From Bordetella parapertussis (GTDB lineage: Bacteria; Pseudomonadota; Gammaproteobacteria; Burkholderiales; SG8-39), in assembly GCA_945862265.1 (NCBI GenBank), contig CAMAXP010000021.1:2091-66090 (forward strand): 64,000 nucleotides of DNA, written 5' to 3'. The stretch's first letter is position 1; each line of letters opens with the position of its first letter. The notes below the pieces were generated by a model, which was given only the letters and a program-made list of their open reading frames with translations, had not been told where the DNA came from and ran no database searches. This document shows, in pieces, positions 19,854 through 28,546 of this stretch. The position numbers and the translations under genes are program-made.

Positions 19854-20837
19854 ATGATCCGCCGCGCAACCGCCGTGTTTTCCGCCGTGCTTGCAGCCGC
19901 CCTCGGGACCGGCCTCGCCCTGCCGGGTGTCGCACAAACGTTTCCATCGAAGGCCCTGCGCCTCGTCGTCGTTTACCCGCCCGGCGGAACCAGCGACGCC
20001 GTGGCCCGCCCGCTCGCCGAGAAGCTCTCCGCGCAGCTGGGCCAGCCTGTGATCGTCGACAACAAGGGCGGCGCAGGCGGGGCAGTCGGGATGGATGCGG
20101 TGGCGAAGTCCCCTGCGGACGGGTACACGCTGGCCTTTTCGGCCATCAGCCCGCTCACCCTGCTGCCACATGTAGGCAAGGTGCCCTACGAGTCGCTGAA
20201 GGACATCGCGCCGGTGGCGAGCGTGATGTATTCGCCGGTGTACCTGCTCGCCACGCCGGCGTTTGCCGGGAAGGACTTTGGCGAGGCGATCTCCCAGGCG
20301 AAAGCAAAGCCCGGTTCGCTGCGCCTGGCGACTTCGGGAATTGCCACGGTCGGGCATGTGATGCTGGAGCAACTCAAGCTCGCCGCGGGCGTGGATATCA
20401 CCCACGTGCCCTACAAGGGAGGCGGGCAGGTCATTACCGATGCGGCGGGCGGGCAGTTCGAGCTGTTCACCGCCAACCCCAGTCCGGGCGTGAATGCGCT
20501 GGTCGCCCAAGGCCGCCTGCGAGTGCTGGCCGTTGCAGCACCGCAGCGACTCGCGGCCATGCCGAACGCGCCGACCCTGGCCGAACTCGGCTATCCGGAC
20601 TCGAACCTCACTTCGCAATTCGGGATATTTGCACCGGGCCGCACGCCCGAGGCCGTGGTCAGGCGCCTCAACGCAGAGGTGAACAAGGCGGTGGGCACCC
20701 CTGAGCTTTCCGAGCGGCTCGTGAAGCTGGACAACGTCCCGTCCCCAGCCAGCCCGGAGCAGTTTGCGAAGTCGATCCGCGCGGAATACGAAGCGAACGC
20801 GCGCATTGTCGCCAAGGCCCACATCCGGGCCGATTGA
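19854..20837 (+). CDS. Bug-family (TctC-like) tripartite tricarboxylate transporter substrate-binding protein
   Basis: 327 aa with a signal peptide. Hallmarks: FPSKALRLVVVYPPGGTSD, VDNKGGAGG, ADGYTL, PYKGGG. Confidence 0.9.
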   Translation: MIRRATAVFSAVLAAALGTGLALPGVAQTFPSKALRLVVVYPPGGTSDAVARPLAEKLSAQLGQPVIVDNKGGAGGAVGMDAVAKSPADGYTLAFSAISPLTLLPHVGKVPYESLKDIAPVASVMYSPVYLLATPAFAGKDFGEAISQAKAKPGSLRLATSGIATVGHVMLEQLKLAAGVDITHVPYKGGGQVITDAAGGQFELFTANPSPGVNALVAQGRLRVLAVAAPQRLAAMPNAPTLAELGYPDSNLTSQFGIFAPGRTPEAVVRRLNAEVNKAVGTPELSERLVKLDNVPSPASPEQFAKSIRAEYEANARIVAKAHIRAD

Positions 20838-20862
20838 ATCCAACCCAAGCAAGGAGTACCGA

Positions 20863-21525
20863 ATGAGAACCGCCCTTTTCTGCCTGACCGCCCTCCTCGG
20901 CACCAGCCTCGCCGGCGCGGCGGACCTGGCCAACGACCGTGACAAGACGTTCTACGCATTGGGCGTGGCCGTCAGCCAGTCGCTGGGCGATTTCGCCCTG
21001 ACCCCCGCCGAACTCGAGATCGTCAAGGAGGGCATGTCCGATGGCGTGCTGAAGCGCCAGCTCAAAGTGGACATGCAGACGTTCGGGCCGAAGATCCAGA
21101 CCCTCGCAGAATCGCGCGCCTCCTCCGGTGCCGACAAGGAGAAAGCGGCCGGTGCGGCGTTCATCGCCAAGGCGGCCGCCGAGGCAGGCGCGAAGAAAAC
21201 CGCGTCGGGCGCCATCGTCAAGGCGCTGAAGGAAGGCACCGGCGCAACGCCCACCGCCGCAAGCACGGTGAAGGTCCACTATCACGGCACGCTCCCTGAC
21301 GGCACGGTGTTCGACAGCTCGGTCAAGCGCGGCGAACCGGCGACGTTCCCACTCTCGGGCGTGATCAAGTGCTGGACGGAAGGCGTGCAGCAGATCAAGG
21401 TGGGCGGCAAGAGCCGCCTGGTATGCCCCTCGAATATCGCCTACGGGGATCGCGGGTCGCCGCCCACCATCAAGCCCGGTGCCACGCTGGTGTTCGAGGT
21501 GGAGCTGCTGGAAATCGTCAAGTAA
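20863..21525 (+). CDS. FKBP-type peptidyl-prolyl cis-trans isomerase (FkpA/Mip-like, periplasmic)
   Basis: Start ATG 20863 follows AAGGAG (20851-20856). Signal peptide MRTALFCLTALLGTSLAGA. C-terminal FKBP domain VKVHYHGTLPDGTVFDSS...GWTEG...YGDRG...LVFEVELLEI. 220 aa. Confidence 0.9.
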   Translation: MRTALFCLTALLGTSLAGAADLANDRDKTFYALGVAVSQSLGDFALTPAELEIVKEGMSDGVLKRQLKVDMQTFGPKIQTLAESRASSGADKEKAAGAAFIAKAAAEAGAKKTASGAIVKALKEGTGATPTAASTVKVHYHGTLPDGTVFDSSVKRGEPATFPLSGVIKCWTEGVQQIKVGGKSRLVCPSNIAYGDRGSPPTIKPGATLVFEVELLEIVK

Positions 21526-21538
21526 GGCCGGCGCGGCG

Positions 21539-22693
21539 TTACTTTTCAACCAGCGACGGGTCGATCTCCCCGATCGTCCGCGTGCCGCAGAGCTGCATGC
21601 TCCTGTGCAACTCGTCGGCAAGGATGGCCAGCGCGCGCAGCGCACCGGGTTCGCCGTCGGCCGAGGCGCCATACAGCGTCGGCCGGCCCGCGCAAACCGC
21701 CTGCGCGCCCAGCGCACGGGCCTTGATCATGTCCGAGCCGCGCCGCACGCCGCCATCGAGCAGGACCGGGACCTTCGCCCCTACTGCCCCGACAATTTCG
21801 GGCAACGTATCGAGCGTCGCGCGGGCGCTGTCCAGTTGCCGGCCGCCATGGTTGGACACCCAGATCCCGTCGGCGCCCAGTTCCACGATGCGTGCCGCGT
21901 CGTCGGCGCGCGCCACGCCCTTTACCAGCAGCTTGCCCTTCCAGAGGTCGCGCAGGCGCTTGAGCCCCGTGTAATCAAAAGCCGAGTCGAGGTTCTGCCC
22001 GACCGATGAGGAGATCGACTGCAGCGACTCGCTCTTCTTGTGGTCGAACCCGCGCAGGTTCTCGAGCGTAGGCAGGCCGCCGTTGGCAAGGATGCGCAGC
22101 GCCCAGTCGGGCTTGGTGAAGGCCTCGAGCACCTGGCCCAACCCCGGGCGAAACGGCTGCGTAAATCGGTTGTGCGAGTCGCGCTCGCGCTTGCCGCCGA
22201 CCGGCAGGTCCACCGTGATCACCAAGGCCTCGTAGCCGGCAGCCCATGCGCGTTGCATCAGCTTGTCGGTGAAGTCGCGGTCATACAGGATGTAGAGCTG
22301 GAACCAGCGCCGCCCGCCGCCATTGGCCTCCGCCACGGCCTCGATCGTCGCGGTCGATGTCGTGGACAGCGTATAGGGAATGCCGTAGTGCGACGCCGCC
22401 CGCGCAATCGCCACGTCCGCGCCGGGCCAGCCGATGCCGATGCCGCCGGTCGGAGCCACCACCAGCGGCATCTTCGACGGGCCGCCGAGAATCTCGCAGG
22501 ACATGTCGATTTTCGAAACGTCCCGCAGCACCCGTGGCTTGAGGCGCACCCGCTCCCAGGCCGCACGGTTGTCCCGCAGGGCGATCTCGTCCTCGGCGCC
22601 ACCATCAAAGAAATCGAAAATCGCGCGCGGCAGGCGCTTTTTGGCGGCCAGGCGCAGGTCGCCGATGTTTACTGCACGGGAAAGGTCGGGCAT
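21539..22693 (-). CDS. FMN-dependent alpha-hydroxy-acid oxidase/dehydrogenase (LldD/glycolate oxidase family)
   Basis: 384 aa. Motifs: DFFDGGAEDE, WFQLY, TVD.PVGG.RERD, VSNHGGRQLD, DGGVRRGSD. Confidence 0.88.
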   Translation of the reverse strand: MPDLSRAVNIGDLRLAAKKRLPRAIFDFFDGGAEDEIALRDNRAAWERVRLKPRVLRDVSKIDMSCEILGGPSKMPLVVAPTGGIGIGWPGADVAIARAASHYGIPYTLSTTSTATIEAVAEANGGGRRWFQLYILYDRDFTDKLMQRAWAAGYEALVITVDLPVGGKRERDSHNRFTQPFRPGLGQVLEAFTKPDWALRILANGGLPTLENLRGFDHKKSESLQSISSSVGQNLDSAFDYTGLKRLRDLWKGKLLVKGVARADDAARIVELGADGIWVSNHGGRQLDSARATLDTLPEIVGAVGAKVPVLLDGGVRRGSDMIKARALGAQAVCAGRPTLYGASADGEPGALRALAILADELHRSMQLCGTRTIGEIDPSLVEK

Positions 22694-22779
22694 GAAGGGG
22701 GTCCAGGACGGGCGGGGGGGCCGTGCAGTTTACCCTGCGCTTATAATTGGAGCTTCGCACCAAGGAGACTAATAAAACC

Positions 22780-23757
22780 ATGAAAACAAAATTCAAAATC
22801 GCCGCTTTGGCTGCGCTTTCCGCAGCCGCCCTGGCCCCCGCCATTGCGTTCGGCCAGGCCTTCCCGACCAAGGCGATCCGCCTGATCTGCCCGTTCCCTC
22901 CGGCCGGGGCAGTGGACATCGCCTCGCGCGCCATCGCCAACGAACTGCAGAAGACCCTCGGCCAGCCGGTCGCCGTGGAAAACCGTCCCGGCGCGGGCGG
23001 CAACCTGGGCGGGGAAATGGCGGCCAAGTCCGCGGCCGACGGCTATACGCTGTTCATGACCACCAGCGGGATCCAGGCGATCAATCCCGCCCTGTATTCG
23101 AAGATGAGCTACGACCCGAACAAGGACCTTGTCCCGGTCGCACCTCTTGTGTCGCTCAACAACGTGCTCGTGCTGCACCCTTCGGTGCCGGGCAACTCGG
23201 TGCGCGACGTGATCGCGGCCGCCAAGGCGAACCCGGGCAAGATCACTTACGCCTCGTCCGGCAACGGGACTTCGATCCACATGTCGGGAGAGCTGTTCAA
23301 GTCCATGACCAAGGTGGACATCCTGCACATACCGTACAAAGGCAGCGGGCCGGCCGTGGCCGACCTGATCGGCGGGCAGGTGAACATGATGTTCGACAAC
23401 ATCCCGTCCTCGTTGCCGCACATCAAGGGCGGCAAGCTCAAGGCGCTGGCCACCACCGGCGCGAAACGCGACCCGGCCCTGCCTGACCTGCCCACCATCG
23501 CCGAAGCCGGCGTTCCCGGATATGAATCGGGCGTGTGGTTCGGGATTGCGGTGCCTGCAGCCACGCCGAAGGACATCATCAACAAGCTCAATGCCGAAAC
23601 GATCCGTGGCGCCAAGGCGCCCGAATTCGTCAAGCGCATGACGGATCTCGGCTACCTCATCATCCCGGGCACGGCCGACCAGATGGCCGACATGATCAAG
23701 GCGGAGATCGTCCGCTGGACGCCGGTGGTGAAGGCCTCCGGCGCGAAGATCGACTGA
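22780..23757 (+). CDS. Bug-family (TctC-like) substrate-binding protein
   Basis: Start ATG 22780. Signal peptide MKTKFKIAALAALSAAALAPAIAFG. Motifs FPTKAIRLICPFPPAGAVD, ENRPGAGG, ADGYTL, PYKGSGP. 325 aa. Confidence 0.9.
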   Translation: MKTKFKIAALAALSAAALAPAIAFGQAFPTKAIRLICPFPPAGAVDIASRAIANELQKTLGQPVAVENRPGAGGNLGGEMAAKSAADGYTLFMTTSGIQAINPALYSKMSYDPNKDLVPVAPLVSLNNVLVLHPSVPGNSVRDVIAAAKANPGKITYASSGNGTSIHMSGELFKSMTKVDILHIPYKGSGPAVADLIGGQVNMMFDNIPSSLPHIKGGKLKALATTGAKRDPALPDLPTIAEAGVPGYESGVWFGIAVPAATPKDIINKLNAETIRGAKAPEFVKRMTDLGYLIIPGTADQMADMIKAEIVRWTPVVKASGAKID

Positions 23758-23759
23758 CC

Positions 23760-24617
23760 ATGAAAACCGCCTTCATCGGGATCGGCATCATGGGCGTGCG
23801 CCAGGCGGCCAACGTGGCCGCGGGCGGGTTCCCCCTCACCGCGTATTCACGCTCCCCGGAGAAAGCCGACCCGCTGGTGGCGAAGGGCGCACGGCGCGCT
23901 ACGAGCATCGCCGACGCCTGCCGGGACGCCGAGGCGATCATCACCATGGTGAGCGCCCCGGCGGATGTGGAAGAAGTCTATTTCGGCACGGGCGGCGTGC
24001 TCGCATCGGCCAAGGCGGGCGCGCTGCTGGTCGACATGACCACCTCCAGCCCGAAACTCGCCGAGCGCATCCATGCCGCCGCAAAAACCAAGGGGCTGCG
24101 CGCCATTGATGCGCCTGTCACCGGCGGCGAACAAGGCGCGGCCGAAGGCACGCTGACGATCATGGTCGGCGGCGACAAGGCGGACTTCGACGCCGCCCAG
24201 CCGCTGCTCGCCACGATGGGCAAGACCATCGTCTACTTCGGTGCGGCCGGACAGGGGCAGCGGGCCAAGCTGGTCAACCAGGTGATCGTGTCGCAGAACG
24301 TGCTGTCGGCGATCGAAGGCCTGTTCTTCTCGCGCAAGGCCGGCCTTGACGGCGAGACCATGCTCGCCACGCTGCAGACCGGCACGGCGGATTCCAAGGC
24401 ATTGCGCATCCAGGCGGCAAGGGCCTTCCGCGGCGACTTCACCCCGGGCTTCTACCCGAAGCACCTGGTCAAGGACATCACGCTCGCGATCGAAGAAGCC
24501 GACTCGCTCGGCATCGACCTGCGCGGCCTGAAGAACACGCGCGCCCGCTGGCTCGAACTGCTTTACAAGCATCCCGAGGCGAAGGCCATCCAGGACCTTG
24601 CCCGGCTGTACATGTAG
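23760..24617 (+). CDS. NAD(P)-dependent oxidoreductase of the 3-hydroxyisobutyrate dehydrogenase / 2-hydroxy-3-oxopropionate reductase family
   Basis: Start ATG 23760 lies 2 nt after the Bug gene stop. Motifs: MKTAFIGIGIMGVRQAANV Rossmann fold, DAPVTGGEQGAAEGTL, and the LVNQ helix region. 285 aa. Confidence 0.85.
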   Translation: MKTAFIGIGIMGVRQAANVAAGGFPLTAYSRSPEKADPLVAKGARRATSIADACRDAEAIITMVSAPADVEEVYFGTGGVLASAKAGALLVDMTTSSPKLAERIHAAAKTKGLRAIDAPVTGGEQGAAEGTLTIMVGGDKADFDAAQPLLATMGKTIVYFGAAGQGQRAKLVNQVIVSQNVLSAIEGLFFSRKAGLDGETMLATLQTGTADSKALRIQAARAFRGDFTPGFYPKHLVKDITLAIEEADSLGIDLRGLKNTRARWLELLYKHPEAKAIQDLARLYM

Positions 24618-24635
24618 CCCCCGAGGAGACTCCAC

Positions 24636-25610
24636 GTGAATAAAAAGATCGCGAATATCGCGGCGGCCGCCCTTTCGGCAATGCTGGCCCTGCCCCTGTG
24701 CGCCACGGCGCAGGACTTCCCGTCCAAGCCGATCCGGTTCATCGTGCCACTCACGCCGGGCTCGGGCGCGGACATCGCGGGTCGCATCCTCGGCAAGCAC
24801 ATCGGCGACGCGGTGAAGCAGACAGTCGTGATCGAGAACCGGCCCGGCGCCGGCGGCATCATCGGCACGCAGGCGGTGGCCAAGGCCGATCCCGACGGCT
24901 ACACGGTGCTGGTGCAGTCTGCCTCGCATGCAGCGAACTCCGCGATCTACAAGTCGCTCCCCTATGACCCGCTGAAGGACCTCATCGACGTGGCGCTGCT
25001 GGGCGTGACGCCCTACGTGATGGTCACCGCGCTGAACGGCCCCTACAAGAACCTCAAGTCGCTGGTCGATGCCGCGAAAGCGAAGCCCGGCGACATCCCG
25101 TTCGCCTCGGCCGGCGTGGGCGCTTCGACCCACCTAGCAGCCGAATACTTTGCCCAGGTCGCGGGCGTGAGGATGCTGCACATCCCGTTCAAGGGCTCGC
25201 CGGAGGCGATCCAGGACACGATCGCCGGCCGCACCTCCTTCTACATGGCGCCGATCAACACGACCATCGGGCAGCTGAAGGAGGGCAAACTCCTCGCGCT
25301 CGGCGTGTCCACCAAGCGCCGTGCCGACGTGCTCCCCGACCTCCCGACGCTCGCCGAGCAGGGCCTGGCCGACTTCAACATTTCGCTGTGGTTCGGCATG
25401 TGGGCGCCGGCCGGCACGCCACCCGCGGCCGTGCAGAAGCTGAACGCCATGGTCAACGCGGCCCTGCAGGTGCTCGACGTGAAGGAACAATTCGCCAAGC
25501 TCGGCATCACGCCGAACCCGCTGAAGCCCGACGAGTTCGGCCGCTTCGTACGCGACGAGATCGCGACTTACCAGAAAGTCGTCAAGTCAGCCAACATCCA
25601 GCCGCAGTAA
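24636..25610 (+). CDS. Bug-family (TctC-like) substrate-binding protein
   Basis: 324 aa, GTG start, signal peptide. Motifs FPSKPIRFIVPLTPGSGAD, ENRPGAGG, PDGYTV, PFKGSP. Confidence 0.9.
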   Translation: MNKKIANIAAAALSAMLALPLCATAQDFPSKPIRFIVPLTPGSGADIAGRILGKHIGDAVKQTVVIENRPGAGGIIGTQAVAKADPDGYTVLVQSASHAANSAIYKSLPYDPLKDLIDVALLGVTPYVMVTALNGPYKNLKSLVDAAKAKPGDIPFASAGVGASTHLAAEYFAQVAGVRMLHIPFKGSPEAIQDTIAGRTSFYMAPINTTIGQLKEGKLLALGVSTKRRADVLPDLPTLAEQGLADFNISLWFGMWAPAGTPPAAVQKLNAMVNAALQVLDVKEQFAKLGITPNPLKPDEFGRFVRDEIATYQKVVKSANIQPQ

Positions 25611-25630
25611 TCACCGCAAAGAGCACAACC

Positions 25631-26551
25631 ATGCCCGCACCCCAGCGCATCAACGGCGTCCTTTCGCCTGTCGTCACCCCTTTCCGCAAGGACCTCTCAC
25701 CCGACACCGACCGGTTCGTGCGCCACTGCAAGTGGCTGCTCGGCCACGGCTGCTCGGGCCTTGCGGTGTTCGGCACCAACAGCGAGGCGAACTCGCTGTC
25801 GGTGGAGGAAAAGCTCGAACTCCTCGACGCCCTGGTGAAGGGCGGGGTGGACCCCGCCCAGCTGATGCCCGGCACCGGCGCCTGCGCCCTCACCGACTCG
25901 GTGAAGATGACGGCGGCGGCGGTGAAGATGGGCTGCGGCGGTGTGCTGATGCTGCCGCCGTTCTACTACAAGGGCGTGTCCGACGAGGGCCTCTACCGCA
26001 ACTTTGCCGAGATCATCGAGCGCGTGGGCGACGACCGCCTGCGCCTGTACCTGTACCACATCCCCCCGGTCTCGAACGTGCCCATCACGCTCAACCTGAT
26101 CGAGATGCTGCTCTCGAAGTACCCCGGCATCATTGCGGGCGCAAAGGACTCGTCCGGCGACTGGTCGAATACCAAGGCCATGCTCGATGCGTTTTCCAAG
26201 AACAATTTCGACGTGTTCGCCGGCAGCGAGGTGTTCCTGCTCGACAACCTGCGCAACGGCGGCAAGGGCTGCATCACCGCCACCGGCAACGTGAATCCGG
26301 GCGCCATCGACAACGTGTACCGCAACTGGCGCGGCGCGGACGCGGACAAGCTGCAGGCCGGCATCACCGCCACGCGCAACATCGTGCAGAAGGTGCCGAT
26401 GATCCCCGCGCTCAAGGCCATCGTCGCCCACTTCGGCAACGACCCGCAGTGGAAAACCGTGCGCCCGCCGCTCACCGAACTCACCGCCGCGCACGAAGCC
26501 CAGGTCATCACCGACCTGAAGGCCGCCGGCTTCACGATGCCCGGGCTGTAG
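25631..26551 (+). CDS. Dihydrodipicolinate synthase family class I aldolase/dehydratase (DapA-like; probably not lysine biosynthesis)
   Basis: Start ATG 25631. 306 aa. Motifs GVLSPVVTPF, GLAVFGTNSE, YYK, and the Schiff-base Lys context IAGAKDSSGD. Confidence 0.82.
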   Translation: MPAPQRINGVLSPVVTPFRKDLSPDTDRFVRHCKWLLGHGCSGLAVFGTNSEANSLSVEEKLELLDALVKGGVDPAQLMPGTGACALTDSVKMTAAAVKMGCGGVLMLPPFYYKGVSDEGLYRNFAEIIERVGDDRLRLYLYHIPPVSNVPITLNLIEMLLSKYPGIIAGAKDSSGDWSNTKAMLDAFSKNNFDVFAGSEVFLLDNLRNGGKGCITATGNVNPGAIDNVYRNWRGADADKLQAGITATRNIVQKVPMIPALKAIVAHFGNDPQWKTVRPPLTELTAAHEAQVITDLKAAGFTMPGL

Positions 26552-26561
26552 GAACGCGGGC

Positions 26562-26943
26562 ATGCTTACCGCCCTGGTGACCGGCGCCGGGCGCGGCACT
26601 CGGCGAAGTCCATACGCTGGTCAATAACGCCGGCGTCCTCTACTGCGAGCCTTACGATGCGATTCCCGAGGCTCACAAACGGGAAATCCTGGCCGTTAAC
26701 CTGGAGGCACCCGTCGCGCTGATCAGCGCGCTTTCGACGCCAATGGTTGACCGCAAAGGAGGACGCATCGTGAACGTAGGGTCAGTTGCAGCGTTTATCG
26801 GCCATCCGGACCTCTGGTACGGGATCACCAAGGCGGGCCTCCTGAACCTCACCAAGAGCTGGGCGACCCGGCTCGGGACAGCGTCGCCAGACTACCTGAA
26901 CGGCACTACCATCGACTGCAACAATGGGTCATACCCTCGCTAA
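26562..26943 (+). pseudogene. Decayed short-chain dehydrogenase/reductase (SDR) gene: frameshift plus two internal deletions
   Basis: Own translation. Frame 1 gives MLTALVTGAGRGTRRSPYAGQ*, i.e. the TGxxxGxG cofactor motif and then a stop. The +1 frame continues EVHTLVNNAGV...NVGSVAAFIGHPDLWYGITKAGL...WATRLG|TASPDYLNGTTIDCNNGSYPR*. The NNAG and YxxxK motifs are present, but the roughly 60-aa segment between TGxxxG and NNAG is missing, as is the segment after the catalytic helix. Confidence 0.75.
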
Positions 26944-27040
26944 ATCAATTACTTAAAATTGACCGCCTCGCTTTGCAGAGTTTTGCAGTTTGTCCAGCGG
27001 GAGTCGGTGACAATAGCCCCCCTCACCCGGTCATGGCCCG

Positions 27041-27490
27041 ATGCGCCACACCACACAATTGAAGCACGCCCTCCCCGCCCTGCTTGCCCTCGCCTGCGGC
27101 CTCGCCGCCGGCCTGGGCACGGCACCTGCACGTGCGGAGGCCGAAGCGTCGAATCTCGAGATGGTGGCAATGGTGGGCGGACGCATCATTGGAGCAGCGA
27201 AGGCGTGCAACATCAACGCCGAGCGGATCCGCAAGACTTCCGGCCGCATGCTGTCGGTCGTCAACCTGAAAGCGAGCACGGACGCCGAGCGCAAGTCCGC
27301 CATCGGCTATTTCCAGTCCGCCCAGGCGGTCGGTGCTGAGCAGATTCACTCAGAGAAATCGCGCTGCAACGAGATCCATGTGGATTTCAGCGAGATCGAA
27401 GTGAAGCTCGGCCGCGCCGCGGTGGGGCCCTCATCGGAGGGGGATCGCGTGGTGGCCAAACGCGGCGTCCCGCCGCTGGGCCCTCTCTAG
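27041..27490 (+). CDS. Hypothetical secreted protein
   Basis: 149-aa ORF with a signal peptide (ALPALLALACGLAAGLGTAPARA/EAE). I recognise no family. The local GC content is visibly lower upstream of it. Confidence 0.5.
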   Translation: MRHTTQLKHALPALLALACGLAAGLGTAPARAEAEASNLEMVAMVGGRIIGAAKACNINAERIRKTSGRMLSVVNLKASTDAERKSAIGYFQSAQAVGAEQIHSEKSRCNEIHVDFSEIEVKLGRAAVGPSSEGDRVVAKRGVPPLGPL

Positions 27491-27571
27491 ACCGAGCCTT
27501 CTGCGACGCAGAAGCAGTAGTCCCCGCAGCGCCGGTAGAATGCCCTTCGTACCATCGGAGAAGGGGACAAA

Positions 27572-28543
27572 ATGAAAACACTCAGCATGCTCAGGATCGC
27601 GACCGGGTTCGCGCTCGCCTTGGGCCTCGCGCCCGCCCAGGCGCAATGGCCTGCCAAGACCGTGCGGATCGTGGTGCCTTTCTCCCCCGGAGGCATCGCC
27701 GACAACAGCGCGCGCACCGTGGCCGACAGGCTCGGGGTACGCCTCGGCCAGCCGGTGGTGGTGGAAAACCGCCCTGGCGCAGCGGGCAATATCGGCAGCG
27801 AGCAGGTGGCCAAGAGCGCACCGGACGGCTACACGCTGCTGCTCGGGTACGACGGCACCATCGTCGTCAACCCGCACGTGTACGCCAGGCTCGGGTTCGA
27901 CGTGCTGCGCGACTTCGCGCCCGTCACCAAACTCGGCGATGCGGGCGTCATCGTCGTTGCCCATCCCTCGGTTCCGGCGAAAGACCTGCGTGAACTGATC
28001 GCGCTGGCGAAAGCGAAACCGGGCACGTTTACCTACGGTTCGGCCGGCACCGGCAGCAGCGCGCACCTCGCCTGCGAAATGCTGAGCCAGCTCACCGGCG
28101 CGGGCCTGGTCCATGTGCCTTACAAGGGCGGCGGCCAGGCCATCGCCGACGCGGTGGGCGGGCAGATCCCGCTGGTGTGCACCGCGGTCGCCGGCGCGCA
28201 GCAGTTCATGAAGACCGGCCGCCTCAAGGGACTGGGCCTCTCGAGCGCCACCCGCGCGGCGGGCGCGCCCGACGTGCCGACGTTCATCGAGAACGGCTTT
28301 GCCGGGTTCGTGGTGGATTCGTGGGTCGGGCTCCTCGCACCGGCCGCCACGCCGCGCGCCGTCATTGACCGGCTGCAAACGGAAACCGCTGCCGTGCTGC
28401 AGATGCCGGAGGTGAAGGAGCGCTATGCGGTGCTCGGCATCGAGCCGGTCGGCAACAAACCCGAGGAGTACGCCGCGCAGATCCGCGCGGACCTCGCGCG
28501 CTGGGCCCCTGTTGTGAAGCAAGCCAACATCCGGATCGAGTAG
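27572..28543 (+). CDS. Bug-family (TctC-like) substrate-binding protein
   Basis: 323 aa with a signal peptide. Motifs WPAKTVRIVVPFSPGGIAD, ENRPGAAG, PDGYTLL, PYKGGGQ. SD GGAGAAGGGGA lies upstream. Confidence 0.9.
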   Translation: MKTLSMLRIATGFALALGLAPAQAQWPAKTVRIVVPFSPGGIADNSARTVADRLGVRLGQPVVVENRPGAAGNIGSEQVAKSAPDGYTLLLGYDGTIVVNPHVYARLGFDVLRDFAPVTKLGDAGVIVVAHPSVPAKDLRELIALAKAKPGTFTYGSAGTGSSAHLACEMLSQLTGAGLVHVPYKGGGQAIADAVGGQIPLVCTAVAGAQQFMKTGRLKGLGLSSATRAAGAPDVPTFIENGFAGFVVDSWVGLLAPAATPRAVIDRLQTETAAVLQMPEVKERYAVLGIEPVGNKPEEYAAQIRADLARWAPVVKQANIRIE

Positions 28544-28546
28544 CCC

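Noticed and set aside
19758-20945. 395-aa minus-strand ORF
   Set aside because: It is antisense to the Bug gene at 19854..20837, and its composition is shadow-like.
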